Source: Gemmatimonadaceae bacterium (GTDB lineage Bacteria; Gemmatimonadota; Gemmatimonadetes; Gemmatimonadales; Gemmatimonadaceae). From it: a DNA stretch of 57,436 nucleotides. Positions 31,568 through 42,580 of this stretch are shown here, one piece after another. The position numbers and the translations under genes were made by a program. How positions within the stretch are numbered: the stretch's first letter is position 1; each line of letters opens with the position of its first letter. The DNA lies in contig JBGAJQ010000032.1 in NCBI GenBank assembly GCA_044224875.1, forward strand, positions 1-57,436. Direction: 5' to 3'. The notes under the pieces were generated by a model, which saw only the letters and a list, made by a program, of their open reading frames with translations, was not told where the DNA came from and made no database searches.

Positions 31568-31619
31568 CGTGCGGCATGCGAAGTGCTAAAAATTTAGCAC
31601 AGTGCTAAACTTTTAGCAG
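31564..31619 (+). promoter_or_regulatory. Promoter with two tandem palindromic operators, probably for the BlaI-type repressor
   Basis: TTGACG -35 at 31564; palindromes gtgctaaa-aa-tttagcac (31583-31600) and tgctaaa-ct-tttagca (31603-31618) overlap the -10 and start region. Confidence 0.75.
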
Positions 31620-31629
31620 AGGGATCGCC

Positions 31630-32019
31630 TTGAAGCAAAAGCCATCCACGCCGCTCAGTCGTCGCGAGCGCGAAATCATGGAGATCGTCTACCGCGCGGG
31701 ACGAGTCACCGCCAGCGATGTGTTGGAGCAGTTGGCCGACCCGCCCGGCTACTCCGCGGTTCGTGCGATGCTCCGCATCCTTGAGGAGAAGGGGCACCTG
31801 ACACATACCGCAGACGGTCCGCGTTATGTCTACGCGCCAGTTGTCTCTCACTCCACCGCGCGCGACAACGCACTAACGCAAGTCATCGGAACGTTCTTCG
31901 AAGGATCCACCAGTGCCGCCGTCGCGGCACTTCTCGACATGAGTCGTGATCGCCTGTCGGGTGACGAGTTGGATGAAATCGAACGCGCGATTGACCGCGC
32001 CCGCCAGGAGGGACGATGA
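31630..32019 (+). CDS. BlaI/MecI/CopY-family repressor
   Basis: LSRREREIMEIVY, YSAVRAMLRILEEKG and FFEGS. Confidence 0.93.
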   Translation: MKQKPSTPLSRREREIMEIVYRAGRVTASDVLEQLADPPGYSAVRAMLRILEEKGHLTHTADGPRYVYAPVVSHSTARDNALTQVIGTFFEGSTSAAVAALLDMSRDRLSGDELDEIERAIDRARQEGR

Positions 32020-34724
32020 TGCAGCTGCAGGCCGAGCGACTCGCCACTGCCACGGTGCTCTGGGTGGCTTCGGGTGCCATCAAAGCGTCCATCGTTCTCG
32101 TACTCTCATTCTGTATCAGCCGCTGGCGCGGTCTGTCAGCCGCAACGCGTCACGCGATCTGGTGCACGACAATCGTCGGCGTCCTCGTGATGCCGGTCCT
32201 TCGCTCGACGCTCCCGGCGTGGAACGTCGCCATTCTACCAGCCCATCCAGACCTCGCGAGCGGTTCAGGTGCTGATGTAGCGGCGCCGACCCTTGCGGCT
32301 CCGCAGGATGATCTGGGCGAGTCGTCGCGCTCTACGCTCATTGTGGACGTGCCGCCCGCGGGGGCGGCGCCGGTGATCTCGGGAGATGTACGAACCTTCC
32401 AGAGCGTCGGGGACAGCCCGCGGGTACATGCGCCATCCCTCACCGAGAGCGAACTCCTCGCGATCGTGTGGGGCGTCGGCGTGCTGGTGGTGCTGTTTCC
32501 GTGGGTCATCGGCACGCTCCGGCTGCAGAGACTTTGGAGCAAGGCGGCGCCCGGTCCGCTCGGTGCATGGGGCGAGCTGCAGCACCTCTTGCCGAGCGCC
32601 ACGTCCCGCGTGGTGGCACTGCGGGTGTCTGAGCTGACGACGGTGCCGATGACGTGGGGTGTCTGGCGCCCGAAGGTGCTGGTACCGGCAGCCGACCAAT
32701 GGTCGTCCACAGAGCGCCGCGCTGCCCTGCTTCACGAGCTCGCGCACGTCGCTCGATGGGACGCGTTGTGGCAGTCGCTGTCGCGGCTGGCCAAGGCGAT
32801 GTTCTGGTTCAATCCCCTGGTGTGGCTGGCGGACGCCATGTTGCGCTCCGAGGCCGAGCGAGCGTGTGACGACGCCGTGCTCCGTTCGGGCGCGCGTGCC
32901 TCCGACTATGCGCAGCAGCTCGTCGACGTATTGCGAACCACCGGGGGGCGACGTCCGTCGGCAGCGGCGGCACTGAGCATGGCACGGCGGTCTGGGATGG
33001 CTGGCCGCCTCCGTGCCGTGTTGGCGCCGGGTGCTGCGCGCGGGGCGCTCTCTCGGCGGTCGCAGGCGTCCATCGTGGCCTTGGCGGGGGTGGTGGGCAT
33101 CCCACTCGCGCGCCTAACGCCGGTTGCCGACTCTCCTGGTCTGCAGCCAGCCGCCATGGCCGCCGCGACGCTGGTGACTGAGGGCGAATCCGCCAGCTCG
33201 CGTCCCTCGGTCATTGCCATGACCGCGTCCGATGCCGGTCGTCGCGCATCGGAAGTCACAGGCGAGTTGGCCACCGGCACCGTGCCGCCCGCGGGATTGT
33301 CACGCGCGGTTGGTTCCGTTGTCACCCGAGGCTTGACCCCATCGGGCGAAATGCCGGTTGCCGACTCTCGGCTTGCTGTCAGTGTTCCACTGCAAGGAAA
33401 CGCGGCGGCCACCGCGCAGGACGGGTGTCTCTTCGAGCGCGGCGCGAAGTCGTCTTCCATGAGCGTCCAGTCGCGCGATGGGAAGCGGTCCATGCATGTG
33501 AAATGGACGACTGGGACGTGTCGTGTCACGTTCGACGTGGACGGCGAGTTGACCTTCAATTCGGATGCGTCGGATGTTGTTGCTCTTTCGCGCGGCGGCT
33601 CCCTTGACCTGTACATCAAGGACGGCTCCCGTTCGCGTCGGTTGACGCTGGAGGAGAACCGTGGCGCGCTGGATCGCAAGTATTGGGTCAACGATGAGCG
33701 ACAGCCATGGGACGCGGCGGCCGCGGCGTGGTTCAGCAGGGCGTTGGTGGCGCTGGATCATCGCACCGCCTTCGCCGTGGACCAGCGTCTTCCCGCGCTG
33801 TTGAAGGCGGGCGGGGTGGATCGTGTGCTCGCCGAAGTGGAGGAGATGAACTCCGACTACGCAGCGCGCGTGTACTACACCAAGCTCTTCAAGGTGCAAA
33901 CGCTGTCGGCCCCACAGGTGCAACGCGTGCTTGCGCATGCCGCAACGCAAGTTGAGTCGGACTACGAGCGCGCAGAGTTGCTGCTGGAAGTCGCGAAGTT
34001 GGGCAACTTTAGTGCCGAGTCGCACGTGGCGTTCGCAGGAGCGGCCGGTGGCATCAAGTCAGACTACGAGAAGCGACGCGCCTTGACCGCCCTTCTGGCG
34101 AAACGCGGGCTCTCCATGCCGGCAGTGAAGGCGTTGCTCGGCGCCGCCCAAGGGATGGGGTCAGATTACGAACTCGCGGAACTGCTGGTCGCCGTATCGG
34201 GCCAGTACGCCATTTCGGACGACACGCGACCCTTGTACCTGGCGGCCCTGGGTACCTTGGAGTCCGACTACGAGCACCGGCGTGTCCTCGACGCGATTGT
34301 CGCTGCCGGCGGTCTGACCCCGGCTGCGACGCGCGATCTGCTCCAGGATGCGTCGCGGATCAAGTCGGACTATGAGCTCGCTGAATTTCTGGTCAAGGTG
34401 GCCGCGTCCGGGACGATCGATGCCGGCAACACGGACGCCTTCTTCTCGGCAGCCAGCGCCGTGCAGGGCGACTATGAGTCCCACCGGGTGCTCACGTCGG
34501 TGCTGCAGCGCAACCGCGTCGGGAAGGACCTGCTCATGCGCGTCATCGAAGCCTCTCGTCAGATCAAGTCCGACTACGAACGGGCCTCGCTCCTGGTCGA
34601 GGCGGCGACGACAGGTCCCATCGACGAGGCTGTGCTCGGCGCCTACGAACGGGCGGCGAGCGGAATCAAGTCTGAGTATGAATACGGCCGCGCCATGGCG
34701 GCGATCCGGCGGGCGCGTTCGTGA
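32016..34724 (+). CDS. BlaR1-like M56 metallopeptidase with a C-terminal repeat domain
   Basis: TM helices, PMTWG, HELAH, WFNPLVW and ERACDD; ATGA overlap with the blaI-like gene. Confidence 0.9.
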   Translation: MMQLQAERLATATVLWVASGAIKASIVLVLSFCISRWRGLSAATRHAIWCTTIVGVLVMPVLRSTLPAWNVAILPAHPDLASGSGADVAAPTLAAPQDDLGESSRSTLIVDVPPAGAAPVISGDVRTFQSVGDSPRVHAPSLTESELLAIVWGVGVLVVLFPWVIGTLRLQRLWSKAAPGPLGAWGELQHLLPSATSRVVALRVSELTTVPMTWGVWRPKVLVPAADQWSSTERRAALLHELAHVARWDALWQSLSRLAKAMFWFNPLVWLADAMLRSEAERACDDAVLRSGARASDYAQQLVDVLRTTGGRRPSAAAALSMARRSGMAGRLRAVLAPGAARGALSRRSQASIVALAGVVGIPLARLTPVADSPGLQPAAMAAATLVTEGESASSRPSVIAMTASDAGRRASEVTGELATGTVPPAGLSRAVGSVVTRGLTPSGEMPVADSRLAVSVPLQGNAAATAQDGCLFERGAKSSSMSVQSRDGKRSMHVKWTTGTCRVTFDVDGELTFNSDASDVVALSRGGSLDLYIKDGSRSRRLTLEENRGALDRKYWVNDERQPWDAAAAAWFSRALVALDHRTAFAVDQRLPALLKAGGVDRVLAEVEEMNSDYAARVYYTKLFKVQTLSAPQVQRVLAHAATQVESDYERAELLLEVAKLGNFSAESHVAFAGAAGGIKSDYEKRRALTALLAKRGLSMPAVKALLGAAQGMGSDYELAELLVAVSGQYAISDDTRPLYLAALGTLESDYEHRRVLDAIVAAGGLTPAATRDLLQDASRIKSDYELAEFLVKVAASGTIDAGNTDAFFSAASAVQGDYESHRVLTSVLQRNRVGKDLLMRVIEASRQIKSDYERASLLVEAATTGPIDEAVLGAYERAASGIKSEYEYGRAMAAIRRARS
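33852..34682 (+). repeat. Nine protein-level S-D-Y-E-type repeats with 34-aa period
   Basis: Motif starts at 33852, 33957, 34059, 34161, 34263, 34365, 34467, 34569 and 34671 (one 105-bp then seven 102-bp spacings). Confidence 0.85.
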
Positions 34725-34748
34725 CGAGCAACAAGCGCCGCAGATAGA

Positions 34749-34787
34749 CATCGAGGCCAACGCCCGCCAGGGGCCTTGGCCTCGATG
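34749..34787. terminator. Hairpin between the convergent M56 and gyrB genes
   Basis: Perfect 12-bp inverted repeat catcgaggccaa/ttggcctcgatg. Confidence 0.55.
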
Positions 34788-34845
34788 ACTTTCCAGCAAG
34801 TTGTCGAGGTTGCTCTCGAGCAGAGCGCGCCTCGATGCGTTCAGT

Positions 34846-36900
<2,055 letters not shown>

Positions 36901-36923
36901 CTAACCGTTTGTTTTCTAATAGC

Positions 36924-37238
36924 TTAGCGAGCGAGCTGGAGTCGAATTCCCTTGAGCGGCGCCGAAGGCGTGGCGCGATTCACCACTTCGAGCAGTTCAC
37001 GCTCCATCATCGAGAGTTCGCTCATCCACGCGTGGCTTCGCACCGCGACAAAAAGCACGCCGTCTGGCGACACTGCCAAGGCCTGCGTCACGCTGGCGAT
37101 TTCCGGACCCACGAGCCGCGGCCAGAGCTGCACCACCTCCGCTTGCTGCACACGAATGCCAAGGCCCGACTCGCTCAGGAATCCCTTGACGGCGTCGGCG
37201 ATCTTCGATGGGCGCCGCTTTTCGTTAGGCATGGACAC
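36924..37238 (-). CDS. DUF721/DciA-family protein
   Basis: WPRLVGPEIA...GVLFVAVRSHAWMSEL; typical position between recF and gyrB. Confidence 0.85.
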   Translation of the reverse strand: MSMPNEKRRPSKIADAVKGFLSESGLGIRVQQAEVVQLWPRLVGPEIASVTQALAVSPDGVLFVAVRSHAWMSELSMMERELLEVVNRATPSAPLKGIRLQLAR

Positions 37239-38376
37239 CTGCCGGCCACGGACTCACCACGCCATCACACATCCGGTAACGATCCAGACCCGTGAAGGCC
37301 CCAGGCACATCGTCGCTTCGCGGGACGGCCAGGATCACCTGCGTCCCCAACCGCGCTTCCAACAGGTCCAGCACGCGCCGCGCCCGGTCCCGATCGAGCA
37401 CAGCGAAGTGATCGTCAAGGAGCAGCATAGGGGAACGGCCGGTGTGGCGTTCGAGCGATTCCGCTTCCATGACGCGCAGCGCCAGCGCTCCACTTCGCTG
37501 TTGCCCAGCAGAGCCGAACGTCCGCAGCGGCCGGCCGCCGAGGCGTAACTCCAGGTCGTCGCGATGCGGACCAATCATGGTCGCGCCTCGCTTCAAGTCG
37601 GATGACCGGTGCGCGGCAAAGGCGTTGGCCATGGCGACGCGCACATCATCTTCATTGGCACCCTGTGGAATGAGCCCCTCGACGGACGCGCGGTACCGAA
37701 GGCTCCCGGCTGATCGTTCGCCGAGCGCCTCGCACAACTCGGTATATCGCGTGGAGGACTCGCGCACCCATTGGTAGCGCAGGAAGCACAGCGTGGCCCC
37801 CGCAGCCGCCAACGCACCCTCCCAGACGGCCACCCGCGCGTCGGTGTCTGGTGCGGGCCTTCCCATGGCAGCGGCGCGAATGGTCGCGTTGCGGCGGACG
37901 AGCGCTGCGCGGTACTCCTGCAAGGCAGACAGGTACCGCGCGGAGGAAAGCGCGAGCAGGACGTCGAGGTATCGTCGTCGCTCGGCGGGTGCGCCGGCGA
38001 TCAACTCCACGTCCCTGGGAGCGACCGTCACCGATGGAAGGACGCCCAATCCATCGGTCAGGCGCGGTGCGACGGCACCGTCCAGGGTGACGCGCTTACG
38101 CCGCGACGCGCGGTCGAAACCGACGCGCACCTCGTCGTGCACGAAGCCGGCTCCCGTGGCCGCGAGGTGAAAGCCCGCGGCTCCAAAACGCACGAGGTCA
38201 ATGTCGCGAGCTCCTCGGATAGATCGCAGTGCATGGAGATAGGCGATCCCCTCGAGCAGGTTGGTTTTTCCGTGACCGTTGTCTCCAACCAGTACCAAGC
38301 CGCCCAGCGGCACGTGCAACTCGACGTGTGCCAGGTTTCGGAAGTCTTGAGCAACAAATCGTTGGAGCTGGGACAC
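37225..38376 (-). CDS. recF: DNA replication and repair protein RecF
   Basis: FRN, GDNGHGKTNLLE, RRRYLD, GPHRDDL, GSAGQQR and LLLDD. Confidence 0.95.
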   Translation of the reverse strand: MSQLQRFVAQDFRNLAHVELHVPLGGLVLVGDNGHGKTNLLEGIAYLHALRSIRGARDIDLVRFGAAGFHLAATGAGFVHDEVRVGFDRASRRKRVTLDGAVAPRLTDGLGVLPSVTVAPRDVELIAGAPAERRRYLDVLLALSSARYLSALQEYRAALVRRNATIRAAAMGRPAPDTDARVAVWEGALAAAGATLCFLRYQWVRESSTRYTELCEALGERSAGSLRYRASVEGLIPQGANEDDVRVAMANAFAAHRSSDLKRGATMIGPHRDDLELRLGGRPLRTFGSAGQQRSGALALRVMEAESLERHTGRSPMLLLDDHFAVLDRDRARRVLDLLEARLGTQVILAVPRSDDVPGAFTGLDRYRMCDGVVSPWPAGVHA

Positions 38377-38402
38377 GTCGTCGAGCGGCAGGCGAGGCCG
38401 TG

Positions 38403-39182
38403 TTAATGGCCGGTGAATTTCGGGGGACGCTTTTCGAGGAACGCGGCCATACCCTCGACCATGTCGCCTGTGCCGGACAGCAAGGCGAAGTGATTGGCCT
38501 CGAGGTTGAGCCCGTCGTCCTGCGGGCGATCGACGCCTTGGTTCACCGCTTCGATGACGAGCGCGAGCGCGCGCGGGGCATTGGCGAGCATCTGCCCCAT
38601 CATGGTTTCGGCGGTAGCCAGCAAGTCGGCGGCGGGCACCACCTTGTTGACCAACCCGATGCGCAAGGCTTCCTGGGCGTCGATCATCTCGCCCGTCAGT
38701 AGCAACTGTAAGGCCACGCCACGACCGACGAGCCGTGGCAGACGCTGTGTTCCTCCATACCCCGGGCCGATGCCCAGCTTCACCTCGGGCTGGCCAAATT
38801 TCGCGTTCTCGGCGGCGATCCGCACATGACAGGCCATCGCCAGCTCACACCCGCCGCCTAACGCGAATCCATTCACGGCCGCGATGACGGGTTTTGGCGA
38901 TCGCTCGAACTTGTTGAACACGGACTGACCGTAGGCCGCGCGCGCCTTGGCCGCAATCGGATTCTGGCGCGAGAGCTCGGAAATGTCCGCGCCGGCCACG
39001 AACGCGCGCATAGCGCCGGTCAGGATCACGCCCCCGATGTCATCGCGCAGCTGGATCTCGTCAATGGCGCGGTCCAACTCGGCGATCGTGGCGTCATTCA
39101 GCGCATTGAGTTTGTCCGGCCGATTGACGGTGAGGAGGGCAACCCGGCGCGCGACGGCCAGTGTGACGTGATCGTAAGGCAT
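38403..39182 (-). CDS. Enoyl-CoA hydratase/crotonase
   Basis: NRPDKLNAL, FVAGADI, GFALGGGCE and GQPEVKLG. Confidence 0.93.
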   Translation of the reverse strand: MPYDHVTLAVARRVALLTVNRPDKLNALNDATIAELDRAIDEIQLRDDIGGVILTGAMRAFVAGADISELSRQNPIAAKARAAYGQSVFNKFERSPKPVIAAVNGFALGGGCELAMACHVRIAAENAKFGQPEVKLGIGPGYGGTQRLPRLVGRGVALQLLLTGEMIDAQEALRIGLVNKVVPAADLLATAETMMGQMLANAPRALALVIEAVNQGVDRPQDDGLNLEANHFALLSGTGDMVEGMAAFLEKRPPKFTGH

Positions 39183-39306
39183 AAGGGAGGGACAGGGAGG
39201 AAGTGGGGCGAGCAGTCCCCGGTGAATCGACCGCGCAGCAGCCGATGCAATCTACTGAATCGCGGTCTGCTCTGCTGCGGCGCGCCGGATCGGTCTAACT
39301 TTCGAG

Positions 39307-40344
39307 ATGGCCATTGTTGAAGCGGTGCGTTGGACTCCCGATGGGACAGGCGTCCGTATTATCGACCAGCGGCGCCTCCCGGGGCATTTCGAGGAACTCG
39401 ATCTTCATCGGGTTGAGGAGGTGGTCGACGCGATCGCCACGCTCGCCGTGCGAGGGGCACCAGCGATCGGAGTGTGCGCCGCCATGGGATTGGTGGCCTC
39501 GCTCAACGGTGTCGTGCACCAGAAGTCGGGTGAGTTTCGCGCGACGGCCGCGGCCAACGCAGCGCGCATCCGAGCCGCGCGCCCGACCGCGGTGAACCTG
39601 GCCTGGGCGATCGATCGCATGACGTCGCGGCTCGCGACGCTCGATGGCTCCACGTCTGACCTGCTCGCGGGGATGCGCGCTGAGGCGTCGCAGCTGCTCG
39701 TTGAGGACCAGGCAATGTGCCAGCGCATTGGAGACCACGGGGAGGCGCTCATTCCGAACCAGGCGCGAATTCTGACGCACTGCAACGCTGGCGCGCTTGC
39801 GACTGCGGGCATTGGTACTGCGCTCGCGCCGATCTATCGGGCCGTCGAACGCGGCAAGCACGTTGAGGTGTACGCGGACGAAACACGCCCGCTGCTGCAA
39901 GGGAGCCGCCTAACGGCGTGGGAGCTTCAGCGAGCGGGCATCCCGGTCACGGTGATTGCGGATAGCATGGCGGCGAGCCTGCTGCGTGCGGGCCGCATCG
40001 ACCTGTGCATCGTGGGGGCCGATCGAGTGGCGGCGAATGGCGACGTGGCAAACAAGATCGGCACGTACGGGCTGGCGGTGTTGTGCCACCATCATGCCGT
40101 GCCGTTCTACGTGGCGGCACCCGAGTCCACGCTCGATGCGGGGACGCCGACCGGGAATGGCGTCCCGATCGAGGAGCGCGCACCCGACGAGGTGGTGAAC
40201 GGCTTCGGGCGACCGACGGCGCCAACCGGCGTGGCCGTGTGGAATCCGGCGTTTGACATTACGCCGGCATCCCTCATCACCGGTATCGTGACAGACCGAG
40301 GGGTGCACCGGCCACCGTATGCGTTCGGTCCCGTCGCCCGTTAG
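39307..40344 (+). CDS. mtnA: S-methyl-5-thioribose-1-phosphate isomerase
   Basis: VRGAPAIG, RPTAVNL, THCNAG, ETRPLLQG, ANKIG and NPAFD. Confidence 0.95.
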   Translation: MAIVEAVRWTPDGTGVRIIDQRRLPGHFEELDLHRVEEVVDAIATLAVRGAPAIGVCAAMGLVASLNGVVHQKSGEFRATAAANAARIRAARPTAVNLAWAIDRMTSRLATLDGSTSDLLAGMRAEASQLLVEDQAMCQRIGDHGEALIPNQARILTHCNAGALATAGIGTALAPIYRAVERGKHVEVYADETRPLLQGSRLTAWELQRAGIPVTVIADSMAASLLRAGRIDLCIVGADRVAANGDVANKIGTYGLAVLCHHHAVPFYVAAPESTLDAGTPTGNGVPIEERAPDEVVNGFGRPTAPTGVAVWNPAFDITPASLITGIVTDRGVHRPPYAFGPVAR

Positions 40345-40634
40345 GTAACGTGGCGCGGACGACCGGCACCAACGGATGCGCGATGCGGGTGACGTCACCT
40401 CCGATGGCGCGTTTACCTGACAGGATGACCTTGCACCACAGACCTTGCTCGTTCAGACGACCGATGTGACCTGGCGCGCGCCGTTCGGGGTGGTACGTAC
40501 GCTCGTGGTATGATTCCTTACTGGCGTAAGGCGAGGCCATGTCAGAAGTTTGAGGTGTTGGGCGATGCGCCCTTGTTGAGAAGGTCGGTGTCCTGAGTTG
40601 GGTGACACGCCCACTACTAGAGAGGATCGCAACA

Positions 40635-41057
40635 ATGAAGATGCGCTTGGTGGCTTTTGGATTGAGCGCGGCCGTGGTCGCCGCTTGTGCCGGCAATTCG
40701 CGGGACTCCGCCCCGCCCGCAGCGGATCAGGGGCGGGTGGAAGCGCCGGTCTCGACTGCAGTGCCCGACGCCTCGCGTCCGAACGCCGTGCTGGATGCGG
40801 CCCAATGGGACGATCCGCAGGTGAAGGCGGCGTACGCCGCCGCCAAGAAGTACGCGCACGTGTTGGAGCAGCTCTACTGCTACTGCCGCTGCAAGGAGAA
40901 TCTCGGTCACCGTGCCTTGGTGGAGTGCTTCGAGACGGATCACGCGTCCATGTGCGACGTGTGCATGACGGAGGCGATGACGGCGGCTCGGATGACCAGT
41001 GAAGGGAAGACTCCGAAGGAGATTCAGCAGGCCGTCGACGCCTACTACCGCACATAG
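40635..41057 (+). CDS. Cys-rich lipoprotein (PCYCGC-family-like)
   Basis: AGAGGA RBS, lipobox VAAC, LYCYCRC...ECF...CDVC. Confidence 0.75.
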   Translation: MKMRLVAFGLSAAVVAACAGNSRDSAPPAADQGRVEAPVSTAVPDASRPNAVLDAAQWDDPQVKAAYAAAKKYAHVLEQLYCYCRCKENLGHRALVECFETDHASMCDVCMTEAMTAARMTSEGKTPKEIQQAVDAYYRT

Positions 41058-41088
41058 GCGGTCGGGCGCTACCGGGAGGTCTGGTCCG

Positions 41089-41307
41089 ATGACGACGCCG
41101 TCGCCTGAATTTGCTGAGAAGCGCACCAATCGACTGCTGCGCATGTTGATAGACGAGATGCTCGACCAGGTGCGCGAGCTGCATCGCCACGCTGGTCCAT
41201 GGCCAGCCCAAGAGCGCGCCGCGGCCGAGGAGCAGCTTGAACGCATCATGGGTCAGGTGCGTCAGGAGGCGATTCGGTCCAAGCCGGACGCAGGGGCAAC
41301 GCCGTGA
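41089..41307 (+). CDS. Small helical hypothetical protein
   Basis: GGAGG RBS, ATG 41089, GTGA overlap with the next gene. Confidence 0.65.
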   Translation: MTTPSPEFAEKRTNRLLRMLIDEMLDQVRELHRHAGPWPAQERAAAEEQLERIMGQVRQEAIRSKPDAGATP

Positions 41308-41936
41308 ATTCGATGGCCCTCGCGGTCATCGCGATCGCGATCGTTGGGGCCGTGAGCTTGCTGAGGCGCCGGAATGAGTCGGGGGCGGGTGGAGGCGAGC
41401 CGCCGCGCGAGGATCGCGACCGAGCGTCGGAGGAGGAACGCTGGCAGCAAGCGTTGGAAGAGATCGCGTTCGACCGTGCGCGTGGGGTGCTGGGCGAAGG
41501 GGACTACGCGGAGCTTCGCGCGCGCTATGAGGCGGCGCTGGACGGTGCGAGGCGACAGGGGGCTGAAAAGGTTGCAGCTGTGGTGGCGCCCGACGGGGGG
41601 CCCCCCCCGAGAACAGAATCTACCATTCCGGCCGCCACGGTTCCCCATCCTTCCGTCCCCACCCCCATCCTTCCATTGCCGTCCGACGACACCGCCTCGT
41701 CTGCAGAAACCGCATCGACGGCGCCGCCGTCCACCCTGCACGATGCCGCGGAGGAACTCGTTGCCCGAGCTCGCGCCAATCGCGTCACCTGTTCTACCTG
41801 TGGCACCCGCCCGGAACCGGGTGCACGATTCTGTTCGACCTGTGGACGAGCGCTCGCACCTTGCGCCAATTGCGGCGCCGCCGATCACGCCGCCGGTGCG
41901 CGATTTTGCGCGTCCTGTGGAGCCGCGCTGACTTGA
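41304..41936 (+). CDS. Membrane-anchored double zinc-ribbon protein with a CcmI-like N-terminal segment
   Basis: N-terminal TM, ALEEIAFDRARGVLGEGDYAELRARY and four CxxC pairs. Confidence 0.75.
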   Translation: MNSMALAVIAIAIVGAVSLLRRRNESGAGGGEPPREDRDRASEEERWQQALEEIAFDRARGVLGEGDYAELRARYEAALDGARRQGAEKVAAVVAPDGGPPPRTESTIPAATVPHPSVPTPILPLPSDDTASSAETASTAPPSTLHDAAEELVARARANRVTCSTCGTRPEPGARFCSTCGRALAPCANCGAADHAAGARFCASCGAALT

Positions 41937-42574
41937 CCTCGGGCGGTGGAAGGGCCGTCCGCATACCAAGCGCCAGCAAATGGCTCGCGCGTCGCCTCAT
42001 CATGGTCGCCGTCGGCGCCGTCGTGGCCGGTGGCCGTTCCTCACGCCTTTCGGCCCAGAGCGAGGACCTCCCGGTTCTGGGGACGCTGACGTACAACCTG
42101 CTCGACTTCGACACGCGGACCGCGCACACCGCCCATCCGCGGTCTCTTCGCTTTATGGGACGCATTGCCATGCGTGTGCACTCCGGCACCTACGTCGGGT
42201 TTGCCGTCGGCTCGTGGGTCCGCGTCTACGAGGGATGCGTGGAATCCGGCGTGTGCTCGCCGTCCCTGTATGAGGAGTACAGTGAAGTCGTCAACCACGC
42301 CCTCTTCGTGCAGCACTACCTGCGATCGCGCTGGTTCGTCCGCGGTGGTGGTGGCATCGCCCGGACGGAGGTCCTCACGCCTAACGGCAGTGTGATTGCG
42401 ACGGATCGGCATACACGCGCGTCGGTCACGGTGGGAACCGGGGTCGATCTCCCGTTCGCGCGGCGTCTCGTGCTGACGCCGTCCCTGGACTACGCCGTGC
42501 TGCCGGGAACCCCCGCGGGCGGCCCGGAGATTCACTGGGCCGTGGCCTACGGCATCGGGGTCACCTTGCGCTAG
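41933..42574 (+). CDS. Putative outer-membrane beta-barrel protein
   Basis: Signal-like N-terminus, amphipathic beta strands, ends YGIGVTLR; start uncertain (TTG 41933 or ATG 42002). Confidence 0.55.
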   Translation: MTSGGGRAVRIPSASKWLARRLIMVAVGAVVAGGRSSRLSAQSEDLPVLGTLTYNLLDFDTRTAHTAHPRSLRFMGRIAMRVHSGTYVGFAVGSWVRVYEGCVESGVCSPSLYEEYSEVVNHALFVQHYLRSRWFVRGGGGIARTEVLTPNGSVIATDRHTRASVTVGTGVDLPFARRLVLTPSLDYAVLPGTPAGGPEIHWAVAYGIGVTLR

Positions 42575-42580
42575 GACCGC

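Noticed and set aside
31594..31608. TTAGCAC-A-GTGCTAA resembling a CIRCE (HrcA) element
   Set aside because: CIRCE needs TTAGCACTC-N9-GAGTGCTAA; this is the junction of two tandem operators, and no chaperone gene follows.
39183..39306. SAM riboswitch upstream of mtnA
   Set aside because: Only a short gcagcag/ctgctgc inverted repeat is present; no SAM-I or SAM-II core was recognised.
40277..40696. Minus-strand ORF in the mtnA-lipoprotein gap
   Set aside because: It overlaps both flanking genes and has no recognisable domain or RBS; the gap is more likely a promoter region.
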